Source: Ascidiella aspersa (Eukaryota). Taken from it: a stretch of DNA of 64,000 nt. The stretch lies in the NCBI GenBank assembly GCA_963924565.1, contig OZ004613.1, positions 27,094,001-27,158,000 of the forward strand, in the 5' to 3' direction. A program made the position numbers and the translations under genes. The notes under the pieces were generated by a model, which was given only the letters and a program-made list of their open reading frames with translations, was not told the origin of the DNA and did not search any database. Every line of letters starts with the position of its first letter. Within the stretch, counting starts at the first letter, position 1. Shown here one piece after another: positions 37,531 through 51,173 of this stretch.

Positions 37531-40500
37531 ATTTTAGCTTTCGCTTTTGCGTATTTCGAAAGCCTGATTAAAGGCGTTAAAAAGCGCGGTGGAAATTAAT
37601 AACGCTCTTAATCTTTCTCACGCGCCTAAGGTATTTCTTCAGAAGCCGGAATCGAACCGGAATCCACAATTCGGCACACCCCGCTAATTCCGCTCAAGAG
37701 AGGCCGACTTTTTGTTTTCAAACACTTCAGATCAAATTAACTCGCTTGTATCAAAACAAGGAAAACGTCGCTCGCCGGCGAAGGAGATTAGAAATACTTG
37801 AGGTGTCACGAAAAACGCTTATCGTGACACAATTTCAACGTCGGTTTCGTTTTCTGCGCACGAGATGCTACGTTTTTGCCACTTTAAAGAACGTAGCTAT
37901 TTGAAATTAACTACTTAAAACAGCCACTACCCAAAATCAATCAAAGGACCTGTCTGTAGCCAATTGAACCAAAAAAATTATCGCAAAAGCGAACTTGTGC
38001 AATTTGCCTCGCAATTTTACTTTCAAGTTAGGTGTTGTAGCAAAACTTTTATCAATTTTATTTCCTGCCAAATTGTTTCATGCACTATTCCAATGACTGC
38101 AAGTTTGGCAATTTTTTTTTCAAAAAAGCGACGTTTCGCCTAACTTTCCAAAATACGTACGTTCAAACTAAATTAGCTAGGAGTTCGAACACAGATGTTG
38201 TTAAAATTCCTGAATTTAAAACTAAAAGCTCAAATAAATTAAACAAACGCATTGAAAAACACAAGCATTTCCCTACAAACAAATCTAAGAAAATCGATTG
38301 ACATATGCCTGGTAAAAACTGCAATCAATTCATCACAAACTGCTAAGTGAGCTGCATTTAAAAAACCTCGGCACACGCTTTTTCAACGTGTGTACCAACG
38401 AGACTCGATGGTTTTGCAAAAACAACAACAACTACAGCACACGCCCTAACCACCAACCGCCATTGCACTGCCTCGCCTAACAAACACGCGGCCAAAATAT
38501 ACCGAGCGCCTTCGTAGCCTTTTTCGTGTAAAAACGCGCCTGGTCAAAAGGAGTCGGCGACGGTCGATGGAACCGCGGGAGGTTTGGCCGTCCCCCCATT
38601 CAGGGCGTCCTGGCGCCGCGAAAGCACAAAGGCCAACGCACGGGGGTGCTGCCACCGCCTTAGTCGTTCCTGCCCGGCCAAGCTGTACGCGATTACAGTC
38701 GCTGCTAGTTTCTCCTGAATGTGTCGTTGTACAATCGAGTCAAGCGGTGATATCCCCCCTGATAGACAAATTACCCCCCTGGAATGCCGAAAACACGTGA
38801 ATGTCCCTTTAGAAATTAATGTGGGTATATCGATAACACGCTTTGATACTGTTGTATTAGGCGTTGATCACTGTTTTACCATCCACCCAATTTGTTTATT
38901 TTTTGGTTATTGGCATTTTTTGACCACCGTTCCCTGCCAAGACTAGTTTATATTATATATATCACTTTATATTTCTGATATTCTAAAGGTATTTCGTCGA
39001 ATTTCATTTGCCAAGCACCAAAATTTTAATAAAATTATAGTTTTAATGAGTATGGCTAGCAAGGTTTAAATCAATTGTGTTTTATATTGATGTGCTCCAC
39101 CTGTTTTGATAAAATATTATTAACTGTGGCGCAAATCATGATAAGATTGAACATGACAAAATCGATTCGAGCATTGTTGCATAAACCTCAGTGAAAAAAG
39201 GCATGCAAGTTACCTTGTGAAAAACGTTTTTGACAGATTTGTGTCGTATCACTGTGACGATGATCTATTTACAGCTAAATATCTTTATCTCGTAAAATAA
39301 GAAGAGGTCGATATTTTTTCAGCTTTCCATTTTATGTTGCAAGAGATTTATGCTTTATCTCGAAGGAAAATCATACAACTCCAGCCTACCTTATTTTCGC
39401 TTTAATTGAGACAAAATTTCTTCTACTAAGAACAGGTGAAAAACAAAGCAACTTTTCCATGAAAATGATACACACCTTTTGCGTAAGCGACCAATAAGGC
39501 AAGTTTCTAGAAAATGTATGGCGCAAAACACAGAGCTGACAAACACGGATTCTTCGCATTTTATCATCCAAAATAAGCAACCTTTTAGACCTGATTACAT
39601 CCAAAGCAAATAAATGCTAAATATACATCAATAAGCACGTGAAAAACCTCGATTCTCGAAAACAACTGAAATCCTGTCACGCGCGCACGCGCTGCTCCCT
39701 ATTACGTCACAATCAAGCCGCTCCTGCCTTATGAATAATGAATTCCCAAAGTTGATCGAATTACACAAAAATTGCCGCCTTAGCGCTGCTTCGAAAAACG
39801 TCGTTGTATTACTTCGCGTTTAAATTTACTCGGAATTAAGATGAGCGAGGAACGGTTGTTTGTTGAATGTCATGTTTATTTTCGAAGCAGCCTTTTCCAG
39901 CGCTCACAGGCAACCACCATTTTGTCGGCCGACCCGCGCAATTTACACGTTTGCCCGAAAAACCTGGCGACTATTTTGGCGAAGCTTGTTGGCACAACAA
40001 GACAACGAAGACGCTTGTCTCGAAAGCGGTTAAAGTTATTTGAAAACTTTACGAACTCGTCCAATAATAGTGGTGCCCATTATTTCGAGGTCGGGGATAT
40101 ATATATCAACTAACGTGTGATTTGTAACCTTATTACAACGCATCTGGGTTGTAATGTGCTACTTCTGTTTGTAGTGCGCAACATTGCGATTTTACTTTTT
40201 CGAGTAGCCTACGTGATGCTACTTTGTGGCGTAAACGTCTAAAAATATCTTCAACTCTTCTGAAATCACCGGCTAACTTTTTGGTCTGATCCGGCCAGAT
40301 TACACATTTCGGTAAATATATTAGATGTACACAAGATTACCTTTGCCTAATTTTCTTTTAGATTGAGAAACTTGAAGAACATTGCAGCTTCTTCTTTTTC
40401 AGTGTCATCTTTTTGTTAGTTGTATAATAAAATTGATATTGTTCATGTTCATTTATTTTAGTTTACATCAATCATTTATATTATTTTTCCACGTTTATGA

Positions 40501-41903
40501 GCTTTAATGCCTCTTCTCTATCTAATTGCAACCTTAAGTCGTTATGTTGCAAAAACCATCGTTACTATTTGTAAGTTATTCCGCGCTAACGTTGTTTAGG
40601 CAGTTGAAGATCTATTCCACCGCCCGTTAAACTTAGCTCACCGTCTCAGAATAAAATGTCGCCAGTTTCACTTTTTGGGCGAATTTATATATCCACAAAA
40701 CGATAAAAATCTGTCTGAACTGTAAAAAAGGCAGTAGTTTTATCTGTCAGGGGGTAGCAGGACATTGACAACGCAACGCCCCGAATTCCTGGCCTTCTTG
40801 TTGGCGACTCGAACGATCGCTCTTGAAGTGACGGCGCCGCAATTTATTACACCACAAGATCACGTAGATGTTATTATTCACTGTCAACAAATCTACGTGA
40901 GCTTTCGCGCCGTCGTCCTGAGTCACTTCAAGCCAAAAGGCGTAATGCCTTTGATTAATGGCCGCGCGTATTTCCCTCCGATTCAGCCTGGATCAACACT
41001 TCTGCGTGACTTTTTCTCCAAGACATTCGCCCGACGTCCAAGCCACGCCGGTGGCTAGGTCCAAGCTGACAAAATTAAAGTCCGGCCGCTGAAGGAAATT
41101 AATTAAAACGCTCGATAAGGGAAAGCGTGGGCCCGACATCGGTTTAATAAATTTCGAGCGAGAATACACTGAACAGTTATGTACGCTTCCGAGATTGACA
41201 AGGATTACATAAGCCTTGAATATGCGCCCGTTAAGTTTACATGATATAAGTGTAATATTTATATACGAAAAGTTAAATAGAGTTTGGCTGATTCGTAGAA
41301 CACAGTCTGCTACATTTCAATTACAACCTTCAAAAATGATTTACCTCCCTTTGCGTTCAATAAATTATTTTAAAAATTTACAGGCTGTAAGTGTAACATG
41401 TATATGGTAACATTCCACAACTTAACAAAGCCTATGTTCAGTTTTCATCCAACAAAAACAATCCTGAATTGCACAATTAAAAAAAATCCAGAATAAAATC
41501 TGCCGTTCAGGACATTCCTATTTTCCTAAGTGTCTAACTTTCTTTGGCTTAAGAAACGTTATACCAAAAACTTTCAATATTTGCCTATCCTGTTAAACCC
41601 TGTAGCTTTACTTCACGTACGGAACCTCCAAAGTTGGTTATTATCTGCTTTTGCGTTTATGTATGTTATATTTTCAAGAAAGGCTAGCGACTTAAATGCG
41701 CTTTAAAGTTGAACAAATAAAGGCTTTTGCAAGTGTTGACTAAACTTCCGTTCAAAGAAAACTACTCAAATAATAAAATCCCAGAACTCGACCAATTTTG
41801 AGTAAAAAGTCCGCCGTTACAGAGCGATTCAATTTGGACACCTGTAGACATCACAATACTGCTACTCCTTCTTCAACGGCGTTTAACTGTTATCTATACA
41901 CAA

Positions 41904-42115
41904 CGATGGCTGGCCAGCACAATAAAACTGATCAAACAACAGTCGCAGCAGCATTTCTCAAGGTTTGTCGACAACAGGGTTTACTGCCCAGACCGAAGAT
42001 CATATACTGCCCTTTCGACAGACACGATAAAAGTCTGGGGTACATACTGAAGCAGTGTGGCGAGGAATGTATTAAAACCTTGACTGGGGAGATTAACTTT
42101 TAATGGTCAAATTCT
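41904..42115 (+). pseudogene. Possible decayed WD40-repeat (WDR5-like) fragment
   Basis: One frame reads WLASTIKLIK...STDTIKVW*, and a shifted frame continues ECIKTLTG..NF/NGQ. This resembles the WD40 pattern WLAS..KLIK / D.T.K.W...C.KTL.GH, with a stop and frameshifts. Confidence 0.3.
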
Positions 42116-42575
42116 GCTCGGCCTAAGAGAGCGCAGCCTTTGAACGTTCATCTGCTGCTTGGTGGGGTGCCTTCTTGGTGGCTTGACTCGATCATTTATT
42201 GCTGGTAGCGTTTGTGTTTGCAAGCTGTTGGCGTATTTTACGGACAAGTTTTGCACAAGGCTTATCTAGTAATGTCTATTTCTTTTGTCGTTCATAAAAC
42301 GCGTGATTTATACTAAACTTAAATTAAATTTGATCCATGTTTTCAAATTGTTTCCGCAAATTTCTTAGGTTTTAAAGAAATCTTGTTAACCACCAATCTC
42401 AATGATTCTAACCACGTTAACTAGATAACTAGTGTTTTGTCGTCATGTATTTATCCTGTCGCTTAAATCGTTACTTGTCTTGTTTCAGTGTGAAAGGAAT
42501 TCAAGGACAGACAATTATGATAGAAGGACATTTACGCGTTGTTCACTGTTCCCCCTTATGTGTAGGCGATTTTTT

Positions 42576-42774
42576 TCGCTGGTCTAGAATCCTACCACAT
42601 TATTAAATCAACGCACAATATTTGGGTTAGGGTGAGGGTTAGCGTTTGGGTGTGGGTGGGTCAAGTGTATTATATTCTTTTTTTTAAAATAATACTTGAC
42701 CCACCCTAACCCAAACGCTAACCCCGCACCCTAACCCAAATAATGTGCGTTGTGGTAGGATTCTAGACCAGCGA
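42576..42774. mobile_element. Foldback palindrome (MITE-like) with telomere-like GGGTTAGGG internal arms
   Basis: TCGCTGGTCTAGAATCCTACCAC ... GTGGTAGGATTCTAGACCAGCGA; inner arms TTTGGGTTAGGGTG.GGGTTAGCGTTTGGG / CCCAAACGCTAACCCC..CACCCTAACCCAAA around an AT-rich loop. Confidence 0.85.
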
Positions 42775-45700
42775 CGATTGTTCTTTTATGAACCTCTTAG
42801 TCGGGTTTTTTTCCAATTTGAACAAAAGGGCATTCGTTGACGTCAAATTTAATTTTAAAATTGAAAAAAAAAACTGAAAAAACGCGATCAGCATGTGCCC
42901 GAAATCGCCTACACAAAAACCGTCAGCTCACGGCCAAAAAAAACAGCAGAAAAATCGCGATTCGGCGATTTCAGAGGACACTATAAAGCCCTCTTGCTGC
43001 GCGCGTCCCGCGGCCAATGCACAGCAGGGGCGTCGCACCACGTTTGCATCGCGTCGACCTTTATCGCCATTTCCCGTGGGAGGCTCCTTTCAGCGCTAAT
43101 TTTCTGCTGATTCGAGCGTCGGAATTGCGCGCGCCCAGCAAAAGTAAGGACGTCGTGCTGGCCCCTTCATGGTCGACCCTCTTTGTAGCATCGAGTTAAG
43201 ATCGATCAGAAGACGCCTGTTGACTGCTGCCGCTGCTGCCTTAGACGGAACTGGCAATTTCTTATTTGCAATTTCGCTGAGTCGCGAAAAACAATATCGA
43301 AAATCGAGTTTTCGCCCGCGCCTGCCCCGCTGTAACCCTAACTTGACAACTTGACGCAAATTTGGCACTTAATATTTGCAAACAGAGTAGGATTTTGCAA
43401 ACGAAGCGCAATCTTAACAAAATTACCCAACTGAAATTTATTTGAAATATTACGATCGATCTGCAAAGCAGTTTTATCAATTTAACTAACTTCTAAATTC
43501 TTGAAATTACGGCGTACAGATCAACAGACACTGAAAGATTTTCTTTACTCCTCTATATGGTTCAATGAACGCATAACTTTTTGTTAATTCATCACACCTT
43601 TAGATTTTATACTAAACGCTTTTCTTTGTAGAAAACTGCTGTTTACATTTTCGTAAAACGCAGTGCCAAAGACCATTTTGCCAAAGCACGAAATCAAACA
43701 GAGATATTCGGTCAAAACGTTTCAGTGGAATCAGCAGAAAAGATCAATCAAGATGCATACAATTCAAGTTCGTTATTTCTACTTTAACTTTAAAAACGTA
43801 CCCTAAAGCTCTTAAATAGTATTCATCGACATTTTGACGGCGGCCTAATCGTGAGTCGCGACCCATGGGTTAGAAAACAACGCTCTGAAGCTTCCTTTCG
43901 CAGGCAATCGATTCTTCGGCATGAACCCACCCAAGAAAAAGTGTTGTGCTGTGGGCGCGCGTATACACATTGCCTTGACTCTATCACCCCAACGCCGATT
44001 AACCGCGAAAAACAAACAATCAAATAGGTCAGGACAAACTTACGGCAAACTAGAGGACCATAAATTTCCGTCGAAGTCACGTTCGACCCCATAACAAGTG
44101 GGGGTCAATGGACTTCGAGCCCCGGGACTTTGTGTTTCGTTGTACTTGGCTACGGGGCCAATTTTTAACGAGGTCCAGTGAAACGATTATGTGTTTCGTT
44201 AGCCGGTAGCCTAACCGCAAACACGCAAACATGCAAAACATGCTTCTATGCACGGCTTTGGAGCTAGCGATTGATGCTAGATTGACTATTGGCGTTTTTT
44301 CACCTAAAATTGCACCTAACGTTTTGAAGACGCCCATTTTGTTCTATTTAGAGATTCCTAAAATATGAAAGTAAATATATAACCCAAGAGGATGTTTTCG
44401 ATTCGGTATTCGACCAATACAGCGGTGGCATCGCATGGGCATTGATTTAGTAGGAATTTTTACCTTTAGCCGTAATTGAACGCAGAATTTATTAATTTAA
44501 AAAAAAATCAGTTAAAAACTTCAAGTTTACTCCTTTATTTCGCATATAGCTAAAACAGTTATTGCCCTTTACCATTTAATAATCTTTACTTGGTAATTGT
44601 ACCTTAGTGAACTACCGCCGTGGCAGACGACGGTAGTTCTGACCTGCTACGATTTAGGTACAAAACACCAAATATAACAGAGATCCAAACATTCAGCGAA
44701 ATTTCGCCACAGTGCATACACAACAAGACACAACTACTTTCTTAAAGCTACAACATATTGTGACTTTAGAACCGAGTCACATGACTTGAAACCTTCACAT
44801 TTTAAACATCAACTCGCTTAGTAGACCCTATATGGGGAGTCTGTGCTACTTTCACTATAACTGGCATCGATTGTAAGGATTAAACACCATTTATCGGACA
44901 TCAGCACATAAAACAGCAAAATGGGGCCACACAGAATGCCCCTAACCGTAATATACGCCCAAGGGGGCGCACTCCCTATATTACCCTCATGTGTTACCCA
45001 TGTTTTGTCAAAAACTTGACCCGCACAGCGTGCAAAAAGGAAACGCGGTTGGCCCGTGAAGCCAAAACGTGTTCGGGGGCCGGATGCGGGCTTTCGAGCG
45101 TCGAAATGCCGCCGACGAGTCGCCCAGGACTCGATGTTTTTGCCGTCACGCCGACTGGCGGCGCGGTAGCCCGATAAAACTGTGTTGATTGATTCGGCGG
45201 CGAATATTAAGCCGCGCATTCGCGTGAGAGGCACGGGGGCCGCTTCCGTGGCGCCGCGGCACCGTCGGGCCTGCCCCTGGCCCCAACGCCAAACGAAATT
45301 AGGCATATCCTGTCCCTTTGAGCCCTACCGAGCTCGCCGCTATTCGCGACAAACGAGCGTAGCGTTCAAAACGCCGGGGAAATTTGCCCAAGGCCAGCAG
45401 TTACTGACCCGTGTTAAGGTCCGGACGGATCAAATATGCGTTTTTGGAAATTAATCTTTCGTCGATGGTCATTATTTTATGTCAGGTTATAAGTGGTTCG
45501 CTTCCGGTGGGTGCTAAACGAACGAAAATTCAACGATAAAATCTAAGATACTTGACTTTTTTCAAGTTTCGGCTACAGATTGTTGAATACTATTGCTTCT
45601 CTTTAATTTTCATTTCTCATTTTTTTAAATTAGGTGTAAACTTGTCGTTGGTTAGTCTGTGATAATCGACCTACAACGAAGTAGATATGGTTAGCACCTG

Positions 45701-47009
45701 GCAATGGCCACCTGTACGCCCTTTTTCTTTTTAGTTGATTTTAAATATTTTACCTTGTCGGAATGATCTGGCGGCCATCTTTCTATGCCAGACTGATGGG
45801 AAAACGAACCGGCACTATGAATGAGTGTTTATATAGGAACCCAGCAAGACGACCTTTAATTTCATAGCTTCCGGATTCATTGAAAGCATATTCAGAGTCA
45901 TCAAGATTAAACTAAGTACAGATGTGCAACCAGAATCGTTTGTTTTCACCATTTCTGGTATTCGAAAAAAAATTCTGATTATATTCAGAGTCATTGATAA
46001 AAACCATAGGTTGCGCTAATTCCAGGCTAAGCAATGGAAGGTACAAAAACAAAAACGTATTTCATAACTTACGTCAAGTGCAACAAGACGGTCTACATTT
46101 ACATAAACGTCCCAACTTTTAGCGAAGTCAGTTTCGCCACTGTCGTTTATGAATAACCTTAAAAGCTGAAGCACTTTAGGAAGTATAAGGAATCTCCCAC
46201 AGAAAATAAAATGTAAAAAAAGATTCTTTCTTTCGTATCAGATGATCTTAAACTGTTTATAAAAACAGATATGAAACAAAAAAAAACTTAAAATTGTACA
46301 GAAATATATATTTTGCCTTATAAATATAGGCATCATCAGTTTCTTATAGCATCTACTTTCTTTATGTTTTATAGCTGTTTTTATGGACAGTTTCAACATA
46401 TACCCTTAAAAGGAGACATACTTTAGAGATGAATGCATAGAAGATAAATTTTGTTGAAACTAGACGGCTGTTGGAAACCGTTTTTAGCGAATTAATTTGA
46501 TCGAATCACAGTTGAGTAACTTCCGAAGTATAGCTTTCAACGATTTTCTCCGCCATAACAGTCATCAAGACAAATAAACCCACAATGCTTCGAGATATGC
46601 GTCGTCAGGGGCTTTCCCGCATTTACCCATCGAGGAAGTTTGCCTTCGGGGCCCAGCGACGACAGATGGGGGTGATCGTGAATTACCCCGATGGGGCGCG
46701 GCCCTATACGCCTGTTTGGGGCGACAGAATTTCTAGACACGCATGCCCGTGATTTAAGAAGCAATGTGACGATGTACGGTTATTAGGGCTTGTCATACGT
46801 TTGTCATAACATGCCGGTAATAGTTGACGTTGTTAATAGTTGATGTTTCGGGGAACTTGGTGCTGATTGACGGAACAGTTAAAGTAAACCGTTTACAAAG
46901 CGAGCGATTAAAAAGAATAGCTGGATTTTTGCTCACGTTCGTTTGGAATTCAACATTTCTACAACCTACAAGGGGCTTTCAACATGACGTGTTGCAAAGG
47001 ATCTGTGAT

Positions 47010-47172
47010 GTAGCTTGATAATGAGATGCAAGGCCAAAAAGGTCGAGTAGATCGACATCATCTTGATTAAGACACAATAACTGAAAATAATACAAAGTGT
47101 GATCGAAAAGTCTTAATCAAGATGATGACGATTTACTCGACCTTTTTGGCTTTACAATTCAGTATCTAGCTT
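47010..47172. mobile_element. Foldback family B palindrome
   Basis: GCCAAAAAGGTCGAGTAGATCGACATCATCTTGATTAAGAC ... GTCTTAATCAAGATGATGACGATTTACTCGACCTTTTTGGC. Confidence 0.8.
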
Positions 47173-47294
47173 CGTGTTGTAAAGCTATATAACGTTTGTA
47201 TAGTTTTTATTTTATGATCAACTCCGTTTTTATTGTTACGACTAATCTAGTTTATCTTTGTTGATAGCAGCATTCGTATAATTTTAAATCTGAA

Positions 47295-47505
47295 AATCAG
47301 GTGACACTTTTTGACGACATATTGAATTACAATGTTGACAAACTTTCGCACAACGGTGCCTGATATAGACCTAATGAAGCACGGTATATAAATACTTTTT
47401 TCTCCTTTTGCCAAACCATACTTTATCAGGTCAAGGTCAAGAACAGTTGTGCGAATGCTTGTCAACATGGTCATCACATTTGTTGTTAAAAAGTGCCACC
47501 TGATT
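47295..47505. mobile_element. Degenerate inverted-repeat element
   Basis: AATCAGGTGACACTTTTTGAC...ATGTTGACAA...TTCGCACAAC versus GTTGTGCGAA...TTGTCAACAT...TTAAAAAGTGCCACCTGATT. Confidence 0.7.
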
Positions 47506-50500
47506 GAGATTCATAATAGTTGGACACACTTTGCGGGCAATATAGATTTTTGAAGGCTACAAAATTGAAGAACGTGGTAAAATTTGAAAGCCCGTGACCG
47601 TTTCGATATTTGCAAACGAATGATGATAGTAGCACCTAAACGTTTGTCAACGTAACATAAATATTTCGTCTGCGAACCCCGTAACCTGTCTTAATTCAAG
47701 CCTAAGGCATAACCTATGGCTGTCATAACACATCGCATAACGCCAAGGGTGGGAACTCGTGCTCCCAGCGAAAGTTTTGCCAGTTGGACCGCTTGAAAGC
47801 TATCCGCGTATTTGCCCAAGGTTACGCTGCTTCCAGCCTTTTCGAGGACTTCCAAAAATAGGTTTTGACTTTTGGCGCGCGGAGTTTTTTGCAATTCGCT
47901 CATCGGAATGTGATATAAGCTATACTTGTGGATTTCGTTTGAGTGTTTTAGCTGATTGGGTTTTGGTTCAAGTTAAAGTACAGATTACATAGCTATTTTC
48001 GTTTATGGAGCCACTCAATCACACCGTACAATTGTCCGATTGTTTCATAATTCACTTAACTACTATGTAACTACATGGAACATGTAAAATAAAAAAAAAT
48101 TAGTGTAAACAAATTGAAGTCTAATTTAGAAACCTATATATTTATAAATTTACTTTCCCATTAATTATTTAAATTGTTTTAACTTGTATGCAGCACCATT
48201 TAAAATAGTGCTAATTACCACATAAAAAGTCCACTTTTATTTCAGATTCACATTTAACCAATAAACAGAATTCGAGATTTCCGGACGGTGAAAATGCACA
48301 GTTTTTAGGCCACAAGAATGCCGCTATCCGACGGCCAATCGTGCGAATGTTTCGTCTGACGCTTTAAAACCGGTAGTTTAGTTTATAGGCGGTTTAGCGT
48401 TTTGCTCTGCCCTTGAATACGCAAGGGTGGCCATTACCCTCAAGTGATACCCCCAGGTGATAAAGGCCAGGTGGCAGCAGCCCAAGTATGCCGGTTCACT
48501 TTGGCTAGATTGTAGGCCTCGCAATACGGTTTCATTAACGGGTCGCCACAAAATTCTGTTTGACTCAGCAGCGTGATGACTTTAACTATTTTTTGCCTGA
48601 CTGTGCCGGATCGATGGGCAGGCTGTTTTGTTTTTTATTTGACAATTTGTTTATTGATTCTTTTCTTTGTGTTTGGTAATTAAACCTACTGATGAACGAA
48701 TTCTGTTGTTTAGGGTATAGCGTATAACCACTGTACTTTTATGATAGAAATATAATTGGAGAAACAAATGGTTAAGCAGGCCTAAAGTACATTCCCAACT
48801 AGTATGACCAAATTTAAAACTAAAACTGAAAATTAGGAATTCATTTAGTAAACGCACGTAAAAGATTTGCAAACTTGTCTTAGTTTTAGAAATGGGCATT
48901 ATTCCTGTTAAATCTTAGAAAGTGGATATACAGCCAAACGAATATTTCGTACAGTATTAGGTGAATCAGTGAAAATGTCCGACATTTCGGTCCCGTTATT
49001 TCGTTATTCAATTCACGTTTTTACAAAAAAAGCAAGCGCAACGCCTGTATTGATGCTACGATCAACAAACTCGCACAGGTGGCAGCGGAAAACGCATTAG
49101 GGGTGGTGCTACTTATGCCCCTGTCGGCCCTGTAATTTGCGGCCTGGCGTCTCCGAGCTTCAGCTGTTTATTACGCCTTTAGTTTCGGCAAACACCTCGC
49201 CCAAGTATTAAGGCGTAATGCGCCGTTTCGCCATCGATTTCAATTGTCGGGTTTTAAAATTAAACTTGACAGAATCTAGATACTGTTCTGGGAAAGGCAG
49301 TTGTTCGAAGTAAACAGCACAACGTCACCTATTGTTTGCGCGTAACAATCGGATATATTAGCAGTATTTGAACCAGTGCACTTAACAGTCATACACTTTT
49401 AAAGACATTGACTGCAGTAGACTACCTAAATTTCCATTTTTATTAAGTTCAACCCAGCTGAGAGTCATAGGGCTATTGACAGCAAATTAGCCAAAATATT
49501 TGAAATAAATTGGAGGTAAACGAAATGTGGATAATAAATTGGAGGTAAACGAAATGTGTAAAAAGTATTTGTTAAATAAAGCTGGAAATTTTCTTAATAA
49601 ACAAAATCTATCAGCTTTTCGATCTAAATCTAATTCCACTCGTGACAATGCCATTTTTTAGCGTTGCCACAAAGTCTTGGATGTATTTTAATTGGTTTGT
49701 ATATTAAAAAGTCTTTGACAAACAATTTTTTCCCCAAAAGTCTTTGAATAGTCTTTGTTCAGCAAAAGTTTTGTGTTTAGAGTAAAACCAATTCGTCAAT
49801 AATTTGGTATTATGTTGATCAATGCATTTATACTGTTTTGGTTTCAAATTGTATTTTGTCCAAATAATCCAAATTTTCCGTCCTTGTAAACCTTTAAATT
49901 TTATGGAGTCTTCAAATGTTTTCATAAAATTGTGTGGCAACCGTACATGTCAAAATTTTCAGCCAAGGTAACCAATAGACCCCAATGAGTAATTTCACAC
50001 CAACAAAACAAACCAATGTAAGTATCGTCCACCGAGTTCCGTGCTTATTTTGAAAGCTAGTCCAGAACAAAAAAAACGTTCTCAGCAAAACAAATCGTTT
50101 TTCGCTTTGGCCTGTAACAAATTTTTCGCATTTTTGTCTGAAAGCGGCGCTTTTCCTCGCAATAAACATCAATCCTTTGTTACGTCACGGAAGCCGATTG
50201 TTGCGTGCGCGCGCGACCGCTGCGCTCGTGTAGCCGGAAAATAATCCGAGACGCGCTGCCGAGAGCGAAGCTAGTCAAACAAGCTCGCGACAAAATCGAC
50301 TTTGAAATTCACCCTCTGCCCGAAACGGTTTTCGCAACATGCCAATTTACTGCGTCGGGTATTTCCGGCCAGGGTCAGATGCAATGCGCTCATGCAATTT
50401 ATCCCTTTGAGTTTGGGTATTACTTGTTTATTTTTACGCTTTTAAGAAACTTTTTTTTATGAAAATTGCAGCGAAATGCTTTAAAAATCGTCGATCAAAT

Positions 50501-50992
50501 TTTAATAAACTGAAATAACTTTTTCTGCATAGAAAAGGCGCTTTAAATGATTTTATTGCATATTAAAAATGTTGGACTTTAAGGAAACTTGCTGAACGTA
50601 CTGCCGCGTTTCCTAAATATGTTAAAAATTAGGGAACCAGGAGCACTTTCTGCACATACAGATTTTTTCTAAAAAATGTTAATACTTAGAAAGAGGGACA
50701 CTTTCTGTACGTAGAGATTTTCGCTGAAAAATGTTAATTTTAGGATCAAAACGTGCATTGCAGATATGATATTAACATCGCAAAGCGAGATGTTGATGAA
50801 AGCACGGGCTGCTTTTTTTTTAAACTTCATTCGACCTATTGTGTTATGTACGCGGTTTTAAAGTTGATTAGCAAAGTGCAAACGGGATGTAAGAACTGCG
50901 ACGCCAGAATTGTGGACTGCGTGACATGGGGGCTGTTAAAAAGACCATATAATAGGATGGACTGTGAGAGGTTGCAAAACAACAACCAGAAC

Positions 50993-51173
50993 CGTAGTAA
51001 GAATATCAAAGCTCATACAACATACAGAAGTAGGTATCATTTTGGACGTTGACTAAAATAAATCAAAAAAAAGAACTATTATTCGAAACGTTCAAAATTA
51101 TACCAATTTTTAGATGTGATTTGTTATGCTTACTATACGTCTTACTACAACCTTCAACCATTATGCTCCAAAA
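50993..51173. mobile_element. Foldback repeat family A copy
   Basis: CGTAGTAAGAATATCAAAGCTCATAC...AGAAGTAGGTATCATTTTG and tail TTACTACAACCTTCAACCATTATGCTCCAAA. Confidence 0.7.

Noticed and set aside
45755-45912. Possible minus-strand exon (FNLDDSEYAFNESGSYEIKG...)
   Set aside because: In-frame stop before the weak GTAAAA donor, and no homology recognised.
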